From positions 11,126 to 75,125 of the forward strand of contig JBCKZS010000002.1 in NCBI GenBank assembly GCA_038918905.1: a DNA stretch of 64,000 nt, given 5' to 3'. The stretch's first letter is position 1, and each line of letters opens with the position of its first letter. Source of the DNA: Vicinamibacterales bacterium. GTDB taxonomy: Bacteria > Acidobacteriota > Vicinamibacteria > Vicinamibacterales > SCN-69-37. A model generated the notes under the pieces. That model was not told where the DNA came from, made no database searches, and saw only the letters and a list, made by a program, of their open reading frames with translations. The position numbers were made by a program, and so were the translations under genes. Positions 7,593-15,174 of the stretch are shown here, piece by piece.

Positions 7593-8424
7593 AAACGACG
7601 CCGAGGTACCAGGCGAGCAGCCGGTCGCCCCAGATCGACGCCACGCCAGACGCGATGGCGAGGAAGACCCCGAACGGCAGCTTGCTCTGCATGGTGCCGC
7701 GTCCCCGCATCGCGATTGCGACGCCGACCAGAGCGCCCGTCAGGCTGGCCAGCAGCAGCACGATCCACACCTGCTGCCAGCCGAGAAAGGCGCCGGCCAT
7801 CGCCAGCATCTTCACATCGCCGAGGCCCATGGCGTCCACACCCTTCGCGCGTTGCCAGGCCCACCGAATGGCCAGCAACACGCCGGCGCCCAGCGCCGCG
7901 CCGAGGAGGCTCGCTCCCAACCCCGGCGGGCCGAACACGCTGAGCACCACCCCGGCCGCGAGTCCGGTGAACGTCAGCGCGTTTGGCAGACGGAACGTCT
8001 CGAGGTCGGTCACCGCCAGCGCGATGAGCAGCGCCGTCAGGATCAGTCGCGACACCAGCGCTAACGTCAGCGTGTGATCGGTGGCCAGCATCGCGGGGGT
8101 CCCCTGCAGAGCAGTCACGCCCTGCAGAGCAGTCACCCCTTGCAGAACCACCACGCCCTGCACGACAAACGCGATCGCCGTACCCAGCTCGACCAGCGGA
8201 TAACGCGCGCTGATCGGCGCGCGGCAGGCGCGGCATCGTCCGCGCAGCCACAGATAACTGAGCACCGGCACGTTGTCGCGCCACGCAATCGCCGCGCCAC
8301 ACCCGGGACATCGTGAGGCGGGTGTCACGACCGACCCGCCGTCGGGCAGCCGCGAGATGCACACGTTGAGGAAGCTGCCGACCATCAACCCGAACAGTCC
8401 GAGCACGACGAGCTCGAAGGTCAT
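7585..8424 (-). CDS. pilD: Prepilin peptidase / N-methyltransferase (A24 family)
   Basis: LMVGSFLNVCISRLP, CPGCG...RGRCRACR Zn motif, MGLGDVKMLAMAGAFLGW and PFGVFLAIA. The ATG at 8424 forms an ATGA overlap with the upstream stop. Confidence 0.85.
   Translation of the reverse strand: MTFELVVLGLFGLMVGSFLNVCISRLPDGGSVVTPASRCPGCGAAIAWRDNVPVLSYLWLRGRCRACRAPISARYPLVELGTAIAFVVQGVVVLQGVTALQGVTALQGTPAMLATDHTLTLALVSRLILTALLIALAVTDLETFRLPNALTFTGLAAGVVLSVFGPPGLGASLLGAALGAGVLLAIRWAWQRAKGVDAMGLGDVKMLAMAGAFLGWQQVWIVLLLASLTGALVGVAIAMRGRGTMQSKLPFGVFLAIASGVASIWGDRLLAWYLGVVWK
8104..8157. repeat. 18-bp in-frame tandem repeat x3 inside pilD
   Basis: ctgcagagcagtcacgcc / ctgcagagcagtcacccc / ttgcagaaccaccacgcc. 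Encodes VVLQGV-TALQGV-TALQG between the Zn/methyltransferase part and the peptidase part. Confidence 0.85.
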
Positions 8425-9104
8425 CACGACCCGCCCAACTCCCGCAATTTGCGCAAAGCGAGTTCCCGAATCCACGTCTCTTCCGACGCGGCCAGTTCAC
8501 GCAGCACCACCTTTGCCGCCTCCCGGTCGCCGCCTTCCACGAGCATGTTTGCCGCCAGCGGCCTGAGCCAGATCGGGCCGCCCGGCATGGCGGCCGCCCG
8601 TTCGAACTCCCGCGCGGCCGCGCGTTTGTCGCCGCTGTGCCAGTAGTGCAGGAACCCGAGATACTGCGCGTACTGCCACCGGTCGGGTTCCACCCGCAGC
8701 CCCTTCTCCAGCAACGCGATGGCCAGGTCCAACCGGTCGGGCCCGGTCGGCAGGGGCTCGGCCAGAAACAGCGCCCCGAACTGATACGCAATCGTGAAGT
8801 GCGGATCGAGGGACGTCGTCACATCGATCAACGGGTGCAGCAACTCGTACCGTCCCTGATAGCGCAACAATTTTCGATCGCGCCCGTAGTGTTGAATCGC
8901 GCGAATCCAGTACACGTCGGCCATGACCGAGTCGAACGACAAGGCCAGGCGATCGGCCATGCGTCCCGAGGTCAGGTACAGGAGCCGCTCGGTCGTCTCG
9001 ACGCGCGGATACCAGCGGTCGCGCGCCTCGAGGGTCGCCGCCGCCGCGCCAATCCCGGCTCCCACCGCCAGCACCACCGCGGCGGTCCGGCGTCGCCCGC
9101 TCAC
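8424..9104 (-). CDS. TPR-like helical repeat protein with N-terminal anchor
   Basis: GTG at 9104 forms a GTGA overlap with the permease stop. Has the TM segment AAVVLAVGAGIGAAAA followed by TPR-like helices. The longer ORF to 9359 is off-frame overlap. Confidence 0.55.
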   Translation of the reverse strand: MSGRRRTAAVVLAVGAGIGAAAATLEARDRWYPRVETTERLLYLTSGRMADRLALSFDSVMADVYWIRAIQHYGRDRKLLRYQGRYELLHPLIDVTTSLDPHFTIAYQFGALFLAEPLPTGPDRLDLAIALLEKGLRVEPDRWQYAQYLGFLHYWHSGDKRAAAREFERAAAMPGGPIWLRPLAANMLVEGGDREAAKVVLRELAASEETWIRELALRKLRELGGS

Positions 9105-9913
9105 GTGAACTCCCGTCGTGTGAACACGGCCACCGCCGCGCCGACCAGCGCGCCCGCGTACCACGCGGCGTACCCGACCGTCAGCAGCACGTACGTCCAC
9201 GACACCGGCGGACGCCCGTGCACCACCGCGGCCTTGATGTCGAACGCTGAAAACGCGGGCACCACCACCCCCACCGCGTTCACAACCCAGCCCACGAGGG
9301 GCGACGAGGCGAGGGCGCTGAACCCGCGAAGGTCCTCGCTGAAGAGGCCCACCACCCACACGCCGAGCGTGAACCCGGCCGACAGCAGGCCACTCGACGA
9401 AAATGTCGAGAAGAACAACGCCACCGCGGTCACCAGCGCCAGTTCCGCGACGATGAGCACGATGGCCTTGAGGAGGGCGGGATCGACGACCGGGGTGAGC
9501 CAGGCGCGCTGAATCGCCTCAGGCGTCGTCCACTGCAGCCACGCCAGCATCGCGTACAACGCCAGCGTCATCAGCGCGACGTTGATGACAATCGTGCCCA
9601 CCAGCCCGAGGTACTTGCCCACCACAAACTCCCAGCGGCGGAGCGGCTTGGCCAGGAGGCTGTAGATGCTGCGGCGTTCGATCTCGCGCGAGACCAGCCC
9701 GACGCCGATGAACACGGCCATCAGCACGCCGGACAGTTCGATCGTCGCGAGGCCCAGGTCCTTGATGATCTTCACGTCCTGGCCGGCGGTGATCTGGCCG
9801 ATCAGCACCGACGCGGCAACGAGCACGATCGCGAAGCCCACGATCGCGAAGAGGACGCGATCGCGCACGCTTTCCTTGAACACGTGCCACGCCACCAGCC
9901 ACACGCGCGTCAC
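9101..9913 (-). CDS. ABC-2 type transporter permease (PilI-like position)
   Basis: Six predicted TM segments and an ABC-2/NosY-like pattern. GTG at 9913 overlaps the ATPase stop (GTGA). Confidence 0.75.
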   Translation of the reverse strand: MTRVWLVAWHVFKESVRDRVLFAIVGFAIVLVAASVLIGQITAGQDVKIIKDLGLATIELSGVLMAVFIGVGLVSREIERRSIYSLLAKPLRRWEFVVGKYLGLVGTIVINVALMTLALYAMLAWLQWTTPEAIQRAWLTPVVDPALLKAIVLIVAELALVTAVALFFSTFSSSGLLSAGFTLGVWVVGLFSEDLRGFSALASSPLVGWVVNAVGVVVPAFSAFDIKAAVVHGRPPVSWTYVLLTVGYAAWYAGALVGAAVAVFTRREFT

Positions 9914-10836
9914 GACACACGCTCCAGGAAGACGTCTTCGAGCGTGGCCCTCACGGGCGAGACAGACTCGAGGGCGCCACCGGCCGCCACGAGGTCGGCG
10001 ACCAGCGGCTCGGGGCGCTGCGTGGCGTCGAGTTCGAGGGTGTACCGCCCGTGCGCGATGCGCGTCACACGCGCGACCTTCGCCTGCAGCGCGGCCACCG
10101 CGGCCGGTGACAGTCCGGTGGCGGTGATCTCCCACCCTCTGGTGTGATCTGCGGTGAGGTCGCTCGTCGTCCCGGTCGCGACGAGGCGTCCGCGCGCGAG
10201 AATGGCGACCCGGCTGCAGAGCGTTTCGGCGTCCGACAGGATGTGCGAACTGAACAGCACCGTCCGGCCTTCGTCGCGCAGCCGCAGGATCAACTCGCGC
10301 ACGTCCCGGCGTCCGATCGGGTCGAGCCCTGACATCGGTTCATCGAGAATCACGAGAGCCGGGTCGTTGACCAGCGCCTGCGCGAGTCCGACGCGTTGCA
10401 GCATGCCCTTGGAAAACTGGCGCAGGGGACGCTGGCGGGCGTCGCCCAGGCTCACCGTGTCCAGCACGCGCGCCACCTGCGCGACACGCGCCGTGCCGTG
10501 CAGGCCGCAGAGACCGGCGAAGTACGTGAGCAGTTCTTCGGCCGACAGGTGGTCGTAGAACGTGGGGTGCTCTGGAAGGAAGCCGACCGACGCCCGCGCG
10601 CGCGGGTCGTCCGGCCTGCGATCGAAGAGGGTCACGCGGCCGGCGGTCGGTCGCAGCAGCCCCATCACCAGTTTCAGCGTCGTCGTTTTGCCGGCGCCGT
10701 TCGGCCCCAACAATCCGAACACTTCGCCGCGTGACAACTCACACGACACGTCGTCCAGCGCGCGGTGCCGCTGGCGGCCGAGGAACCCGGTCGGAAAGTC
10801 TTTCGTCAGTCCGTCGAGTCGTAAGACGAGTGACAC
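9910..10836 (-). CDS. ABC transporter ATP-binding protein (PilH-like position)
   Basis: Walker A GPNGAGKTT, signature FSKGMLQRV, Walker B LVILDEP. GTG start at 10836, 7 nt after the upstream stop. Confidence 0.85.
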   Translation of the reverse strand: MSLVLRLDGLTKDFPTGFLGRQRHRALDDVSCELSRGEVFGLLGPNGAGKTTTLKLVMGLLRPTAGRVTLFDRRPDDPRARASVGFLPEHPTFYDHLSAEELLTYFAGLCGLHGTARVAQVARVLDTVSLGDARQRPLRQFSKGMLQRVGLAQALVNDPALVILDEPMSGLDPIGRRDVRELILRLRDEGRTVLFSSHILSDAETLCSRVAILARGRLVATGTTSDLTADHTRGWEITATGLSPAAVAALQAKVARVTRIAHGRYTLELDATQRPEPLVADLVAAGGALESVSPVRATLEDVFLERVS

Positions 10837-10843
10837 GGCCCGG

Positions 10844-12115
10844 TTACTTGCCTTCCGCTTTCTTGATCTCGTACTCGATCGCCAGGTCAAAATACTGCGC
10901 CTGCATGTTGCCCTTGAGCCGCACGCCGTTGAGGAAGTACGTCGGCGTCGAGTCGATGCGCAGCGCGACACCGTCCGACACATCCTGCCGGATGCCGGCG
11001 AGCACCGTCGGGTACTGGGCGGTGAAGGTCGACAGCCCGGTCACGGTCTGGAATCCCTGCTGCACCACCTCGGCGGTGAGACGCGCCTGATTGTCGAACA
11101 GCCACTGCTCCATCGCATCGGCCTTGCCGACCTGGCGCGCCAACCGCAGGGCGCCGGCCGACTCACACGCGGCATAGTGATTGCCCTGCGGCACCGCGAA
11201 GTTGCACTCCCCTTCGAGTGGGAAGTCCTTGATCGCAAACTTGACCGCGCCCGGATGCGACTGCGCGTACTTGTCCAGCACGGGTTTGTACCAGACGAAG
11301 CCGTCGCGGCACGCCGGGCACTGAAAGTCGTTGAACTTCAGGATCACGACCTTCGCGCCGTCCGCCGGCTCGCCTGTCTCGATGCGGGGCGCCGCCTCCC
11401 ACTCCTTGAGCCACGCTTCCCGCGCATCGGCCGGCGGAGGCGCCGCCTGGTTCACCTGGGCCTCGGCCTCGGCCGCCGTGCGCGGCCGGGTGTCGGTCGG
11501 GAAGAACGCGAGCGATGTGCCGGCGGCTGCCAGAAACAACACCGCCACGGTCAGCGTCTTCGGATTCCCCATGATCCCCTTCAGATCGTCACCCAGCCGG
11601 CCTGGCAGGTCGCCCACCGAAACGGACGACGCCGTGCCGGAGAGCAGAAAGATCGCGATGACACAGATGTAGGTGCCGATGCAGAGCAGACAGCCCGTCT
11701 TGAGCACGAAGAACGACGCGTACGCCAGATACAGCACCACGGCGAAGCCGATCGTTGACCAGGCAAACAGATACGCGCCGGCCGGACTCAGCGGCACGGC
11801 CTGCGCCTTTGCCTTCGTCCCGGCGCCCGCCGCGGCGGGCGTGACGCGGCTGAAGGCCGCGATCAACACCGCCACACCGAACCAGAGGAGCCCGCCGAGG
11901 GCCGTCGAGACGCCCTGGAAGGACCCGTACTGACTCAGATACACCTGAGCGCAACTGAACGTCGCGTTGATGTCGCAGAAACTTGTGTACGACGGGTCGG
12001 TCAGCAACTGGTGGTGGACCCAGACAGACGCGCCTGAAATCCCCAGCCCGGCCAGACCAGACAACAGCACCAGTGAACGCGTTCGGGTCGACATACACGG
12101 GACGTTGTACCACAT
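10844..12115 (-). CDS. VKOR (vitamin K epoxide reductase) - thioredoxin/DsbA-like fusion oxidoreductase
   Basis: N-terminal 4-5 TM domain with the loop Cys pair FCDINATFSC and the CLLC motif. C-terminal Trx fold with QCPAC. Alternative start at 12094. Confidence 0.8.
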   Translation of the reverse strand: MWYNVPCMSTRTRSLVLLSGLAGLGISGASVWVHHQLLTDPSYTSFCDINATFSCAQVYLSQYGSFQGVSTALGGLLWFGVAVLIAAFSRVTPAAAGAGTKAKAQAVPLSPAGAYLFAWSTIGFAVVLYLAYASFFVLKTGCLLCIGTYICVIAIFLLSGTASSVSVGDLPGRLGDDLKGIMGNPKTLTVAVLFLAAAGTSLAFFPTDTRPRTAAEAEAQVNQAAPPPADAREAWLKEWEAAPRIETGEPADGAKVVILKFNDFQCPACRDGFVWYKPVLDKYAQSHPGAVKFAIKDFPLEGECNFAVPQGNHYAACESAGALRLARQVGKADAMEQWLFDNQARLTAEVVQQGFQTVTGLSTFTAQYPTVLAGIRQDVSDGVALRIDSTPTYFLNGVRLKGNMQAQYFDLAIEYEIKKAEGK

Positions 12116-12140
12116 CCCTGTTGAGGGGGTGAGCGTTCAG

Positions 12141-12177
12141 CGTTCAGGGTTCAGGGGAAGGCCCTGAACCCTGAACG
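12141..12177 (-). terminator. Strong hairpin after pilA (attenuator/terminator)
   Basis: Perfect 16-bp stem cgttcagggttcaggg/ccctgaaccctgaacg with a 5-nt loop. No clear U-tract. Built from gttcag(g) repeats. Confidence 0.55.
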
Positions 12178-12183
12178 GCTCCG

Positions 12184-12696
12184 TTACTGAATCGGCGTGG
12201 CGGGCGTGCCGAACGGCTCGGTCGGCGCGCCGTCGGCGAAGACCTGCCACACCGTGTTCTGGGCGTTGGTCGCGAAGGACCGGCCGCCGGTCGTGCCGAA
12301 CGTCAGGGGCACCGCCGTCGCGTAGTAGGCGGTCGCTGTGGCTGTGCCGTTGCAGTCGAGCAAGGGGGTTGCGGTGCCCAGCAGCATGAAGTCGTACCCG
12401 CTCTTCACGGGCTGGTCCACCGACCCCAAGTCCGCCGAGATGAACCCGACGGTTGTGCCAGGCGCCGGTGCGCCCAGCACGGTGAACAACGTCGCGTAGC
12501 CGTTGTTGCCGCACGAGGCGGAGTACGCCACCTGCGATGAGTTGACGACCTTCAGCGACGCCAGCGCCGACACCTCGTTGCCGGACATGCGCGCGCGCAA
12601 CAAGCCGGGCACGGCGATCGCCGCGATGATGCTGATGATCGCCACCACGATGAGCAGCTCGATCAATGTAAAACCTTCGTCTCGTTTGAGTTTCAT
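12184..12696 (-). CDS. pilA: Type IV major pilin
   Basis: MKLKRDEG|FTLIELLIVVAIISIIAAIAVP is a canonical class III signal. 170 aa with exactly two Cys. AAGGGA Shine-Dalgarno sequence upstream. Confidence 0.85.
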   Translation of the reverse strand: MKLKRDEGFTLIELLIVVAIISIIAAIAVPGLLRARMSGNEVSALASLKVVNSSQVAYSASCGNNGYATLFTVLGAPAPGTTVGFISADLGSVDQPVKSGYDFMLLGTATPLLDCNGTATATAYYATAVPLTFGTTGGRSFATNAQNTVWQVFADGAPTEPFGTPATPIQ

Positions 12697-12779
12697 GATG
12701 CGTATCCCTTCGCCTCCGGTCACGCACGCGCCCCGGTATTGAGGCCCGCGTCGCGTGACACCATCCGCCGCCCTGCTAA

Positions 12780-12796
12780 GGCAACGTTGGTACCAG
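12780..12796 (-). promoter_or_regulatory. Candidate sigma54 (-24/-12) promoter of pilA
   Basis: The minus strand reads CTGGTAC-CAACG-TTGCC with exact GG-N10-GC spacing, about 85 nt upstream of the pilA ATG. Confidence 0.5.
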
Positions 12797-12906
12797 GTCT
12801 CTGCCCGTATCCGAAGTACCGCCCTAACTCACTATACCGCCAGCAGTTACGCGCCATACCCTTCCGCCGCACCTGCCATCCCCCGCCCGCCGACCGGCCC
12901 GAAGCC

Positions 12907-12957
12907 ATCACATTTGTGATTGGCCATTGGGTATTTGTCATTTCCAAATCGTGATCG
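12907..12957. promoter_or_regulatory. Candidate enhancer (UAS) for the pilA promoter
   Basis: Locally AT-richer stretch. Contains the perfect palindrome ATCACA-tt-TGTGAT (12907-12920) plus TTTGTCAT and ATCGTGAT repeats, 110-160 bp upstream of the -24/-12 element. Confidence 0.3.
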
Positions 12958-12988
12958 ACGCCAAACGACACCGCAATCTCCTGCTGCC

Positions 12989-14101
12989 CTACGCCAACTG
13001 ATTAATCAGTTCGAACAACGGCAGATACAGCGCGATGACGATGCCGCCGACGATGACGCCGAGGACGACCATGAGAATGGGTTCGAGCGCCGTCACCAGG
13101 CCGGCCACCGCGACATCCACCTCGTCCTCGTAGAACTCCGCGATCTTCTCGAGCATCACATCGAGGGCTCCGGTGCTCTCGCCCGCGCCAATCATCTGCA
13201 CCACCATGGGCGGAAACACCCCCGTGGCCCGCAGCGGCGCCGCAATGGTCTCGCCACGCTCGATACGGCCGCGCACCTGCTTGACCGCGGCCTCGACGAC
13301 GGCGTTCCCCGACGTTTTCGCCGTGATATCGAGCCCTGACAGAATGGGCACGCCCGAACTGATGAGGGTCCCCAGCGTCCGGCAGAACCGGGCCACCGCC
13401 ACTTTGCGCAGGATCGACCCCAGCAGCGGCACCCTGAGCAGAATCCGGTCGATACGCATCCGTCCCGCCGGCGTGGCGTAATACCGGCGGGACACAAACA
13501 CCAGACCCACCCCACCGGCCAGCAGAAGGGGCAGCGTGCTGACGAGCATGTCGCTGATCCAGATCAGGGCGCGGGTGGCAAACGGCAGCTTCGCGTTGAG
13601 CCCGGCGAACATCGATGTAAACGTGGGCACGATCGTCCACAGGATGCCCGTGACGACCAGCACCGCGATGCTGAGCACCACCGTCGGGTAGACCATCGCG
13701 GACTTGACCTGCGCCTGCAGCTTGACCTCCTTCTCGATGTAGGCGGACAACCGCTTGAGAATGACGTCGAGAATGCCGCCCGCTTCGCCGGCCGCCACCA
13801 TGTGCGTGAAGAGGGGATTAAACGCGTGCGGCTGACGTGCCATCGCTTCGGCCAGCGAGGCGCCGGCCTCGACGTCACTCTGCACCTTCCGCACGGCGGC
13901 GGCCAGGCGCACATTGGGTTCTTCCTTCGCCAGCAGTTCCAGACACTGCACCAGCGGCAGGCCTGCGTCGGTCATGACCGACAACTGCCGTGTGAACACG
14001 GCCAGGCTCTTCGGCGGCACGCGCCGCTGGCGCGACGGCTTTGCCGGCCGTGCCGTGGTGGTCTTCATCCCGAGCCGTTGCACGCGCGTGGCGGTGGTCA
14101 T
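12989..14101 (-). CDS. pilC: Type IV pilus platform protein (GspF/PilC family)
   Basis: 370 aa with duplicated GspF domains (FTRQLSVMTDAGLPLVQCL..., FCRTLGTLISSGVPIL...). ATGA overlap with pilT. Confidence 0.9.
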   Translation of the reverse strand: MTTATRVQRLGMKTTTARPAKPSRQRRVPPKSLAVFTRQLSVMTDAGLPLVQCLELLAKEEPNVRLAAAVRKVQSDVEAGASLAEAMARQPHAFNPLFTHMVAAGEAGGILDVILKRLSAYIEKEVKLQAQVKSAMVYPTVVLSIAVLVVTGILWTIVPTFTSMFAGLNAKLPFATRALIWISDMLVSTLPLLLAGGVGLVFVSRRYYATPAGRMRIDRILLRVPLLGSILRKVAVARFCRTLGTLISSGVPILSGLDITAKTSGNAVVEAAVKQVRGRIERGETIAAPLRATGVFPPMVVQMIGAGESTGALDVMLEKIAEFYEDEVDVAVAGLVTALEPILMVVLGVIVGGIVIALYLPLFELINQLA

Positions 14102-15174
14102 GCCACCACCCGCCCGCGCTCGAGCATCGCCACCAACTCTTCGCGATTCGAGGTGGTGGCCATCGCCGTGTCACGCGCGATGGCGCGGGTCTCGGTCAAC
14201 CGCGCCAGCGCCTGGTTCATGGTCTGCATGCCGTACTTCTCCTGTCCCGACTGCATGGTCGAGTAGATCTGGTGGACTTTGTCGTCGCGAATCAGATTCC
14301 GGATCGCGGGTGTCGCGATCAGGATTTCGAGCGCGGCCACGCGCCCCTTTCCACCGGCCTTCGGCAGCAGCGCCTGACAGACGATGCCCTCGAGGACCAG
14401 GGACAACTGCGTGCGGATTTGTGGCTGCTGGTGCGCGGGAAACGCGTCGATGATGCGTGTGACGGTCTGCGCCGCCGAGTTGGTGTGGAGCGTGGCCAGG
14501 GTCAGGTGCCCGGTCTCGGCCAGTTTCATCGCCGCTTCCATCGTCTCGAGGTCGCGCATTTCGCCGATGAGCACGACGTCAGGATCTTCGCGCAACGCGG
14601 CGCGCAGCGCCTGGCCAAACGTCCGGGTGTCGGCGTGCAGTTCACGCTGATTCACCAGCGCCATTTTGTGCGTGTGCAGGTATTCGATCGGATCCTCGAT
14701 CGTCAGGATGTGCGCCGGGCGCGTACGGTTGACGCGGTCGACCATCGCCGCCAGCGTCGTCGACTTGCCGCTGCCGGTCGGACCGGTGACCAGCACCAGG
14801 CCGCGGGGCCGATCGGCCAGCCGTCCCAGCACGGGCGGCAGCCCCAGGTCCTCCAGCGCTTTGATCGTCTCTGGAATCAGCCGGAACACGGCGGCGACCG
14901 CGCCCTTCTGCAGGAACACGTTGCAGCGAAATCGGCCGACGCCCGTGAGGCCGAAGGCCATGTCGAGTTCCCAGTGTTCCTCGAAGAGTTTCTTCTGGCT
15001 GTCGGTCAGGACGCTGTAGGCCAGCGACTTCGCCACGTCGGGAACCAGCACGGGCGCATCGAGGCGCCGCAGATGGCCATCGACACGCACCTGCGGCGGG
15101 CTGCCCACCGACAGGTGCAGGTCCGAGCCTCCGAGCGTCAGCGTGGTCGTCAACAGCTCTGGCAGCGTCATCAC
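14098..15174 (-). CDS. pilT: Twitching-motility retraction ATPase
   Basis: GPTGSGKSTT Walker A, DPDVVLIGEMRD, AETGHLTLATLHTNSA and AIRNLIRDDK. Starts at GTG 15174 or ATG 15171, overlapping the pilB stop. Confidence 0.9.
   Translation of the reverse strand: MMTLPELLTTTLTLGGSDLHLSVGSPPQVRVDGHLRRLDAPVLVPDVAKSLAYSVLTDSQKKLFEEHWELDMAFGLTGVGRFRCNVFLQKGAVAAVFRLIPETIKALEDLGLPPVLGRLADRPRGLVLVTGPTGSGKSTTLAAMVDRVNRTRPAHILTIEDPIEYLHTHKMALVNQRELHADTRTFGQALRAALREDPDVVLIGEMRDLETMEAAMKLAETGHLTLATLHTNSAAQTVTRIIDAFPAHQQPQIRTQLSLVLEGIVCQALLPKAGGKGRVAALEILIATPAIRNLIRDDKVHQIYSTMQSGQEKYGMQTMNQALARLTETRAIARDTAMATTSNREELVAMLERGRVVA

Noticed and set aside
12720-12971. Small ORFs on both strands in the pilC-pilA intergenic region
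   Set aside because: There is no RBS or family resemblance. The region is better explained as the pilA promoter/enhancer region.
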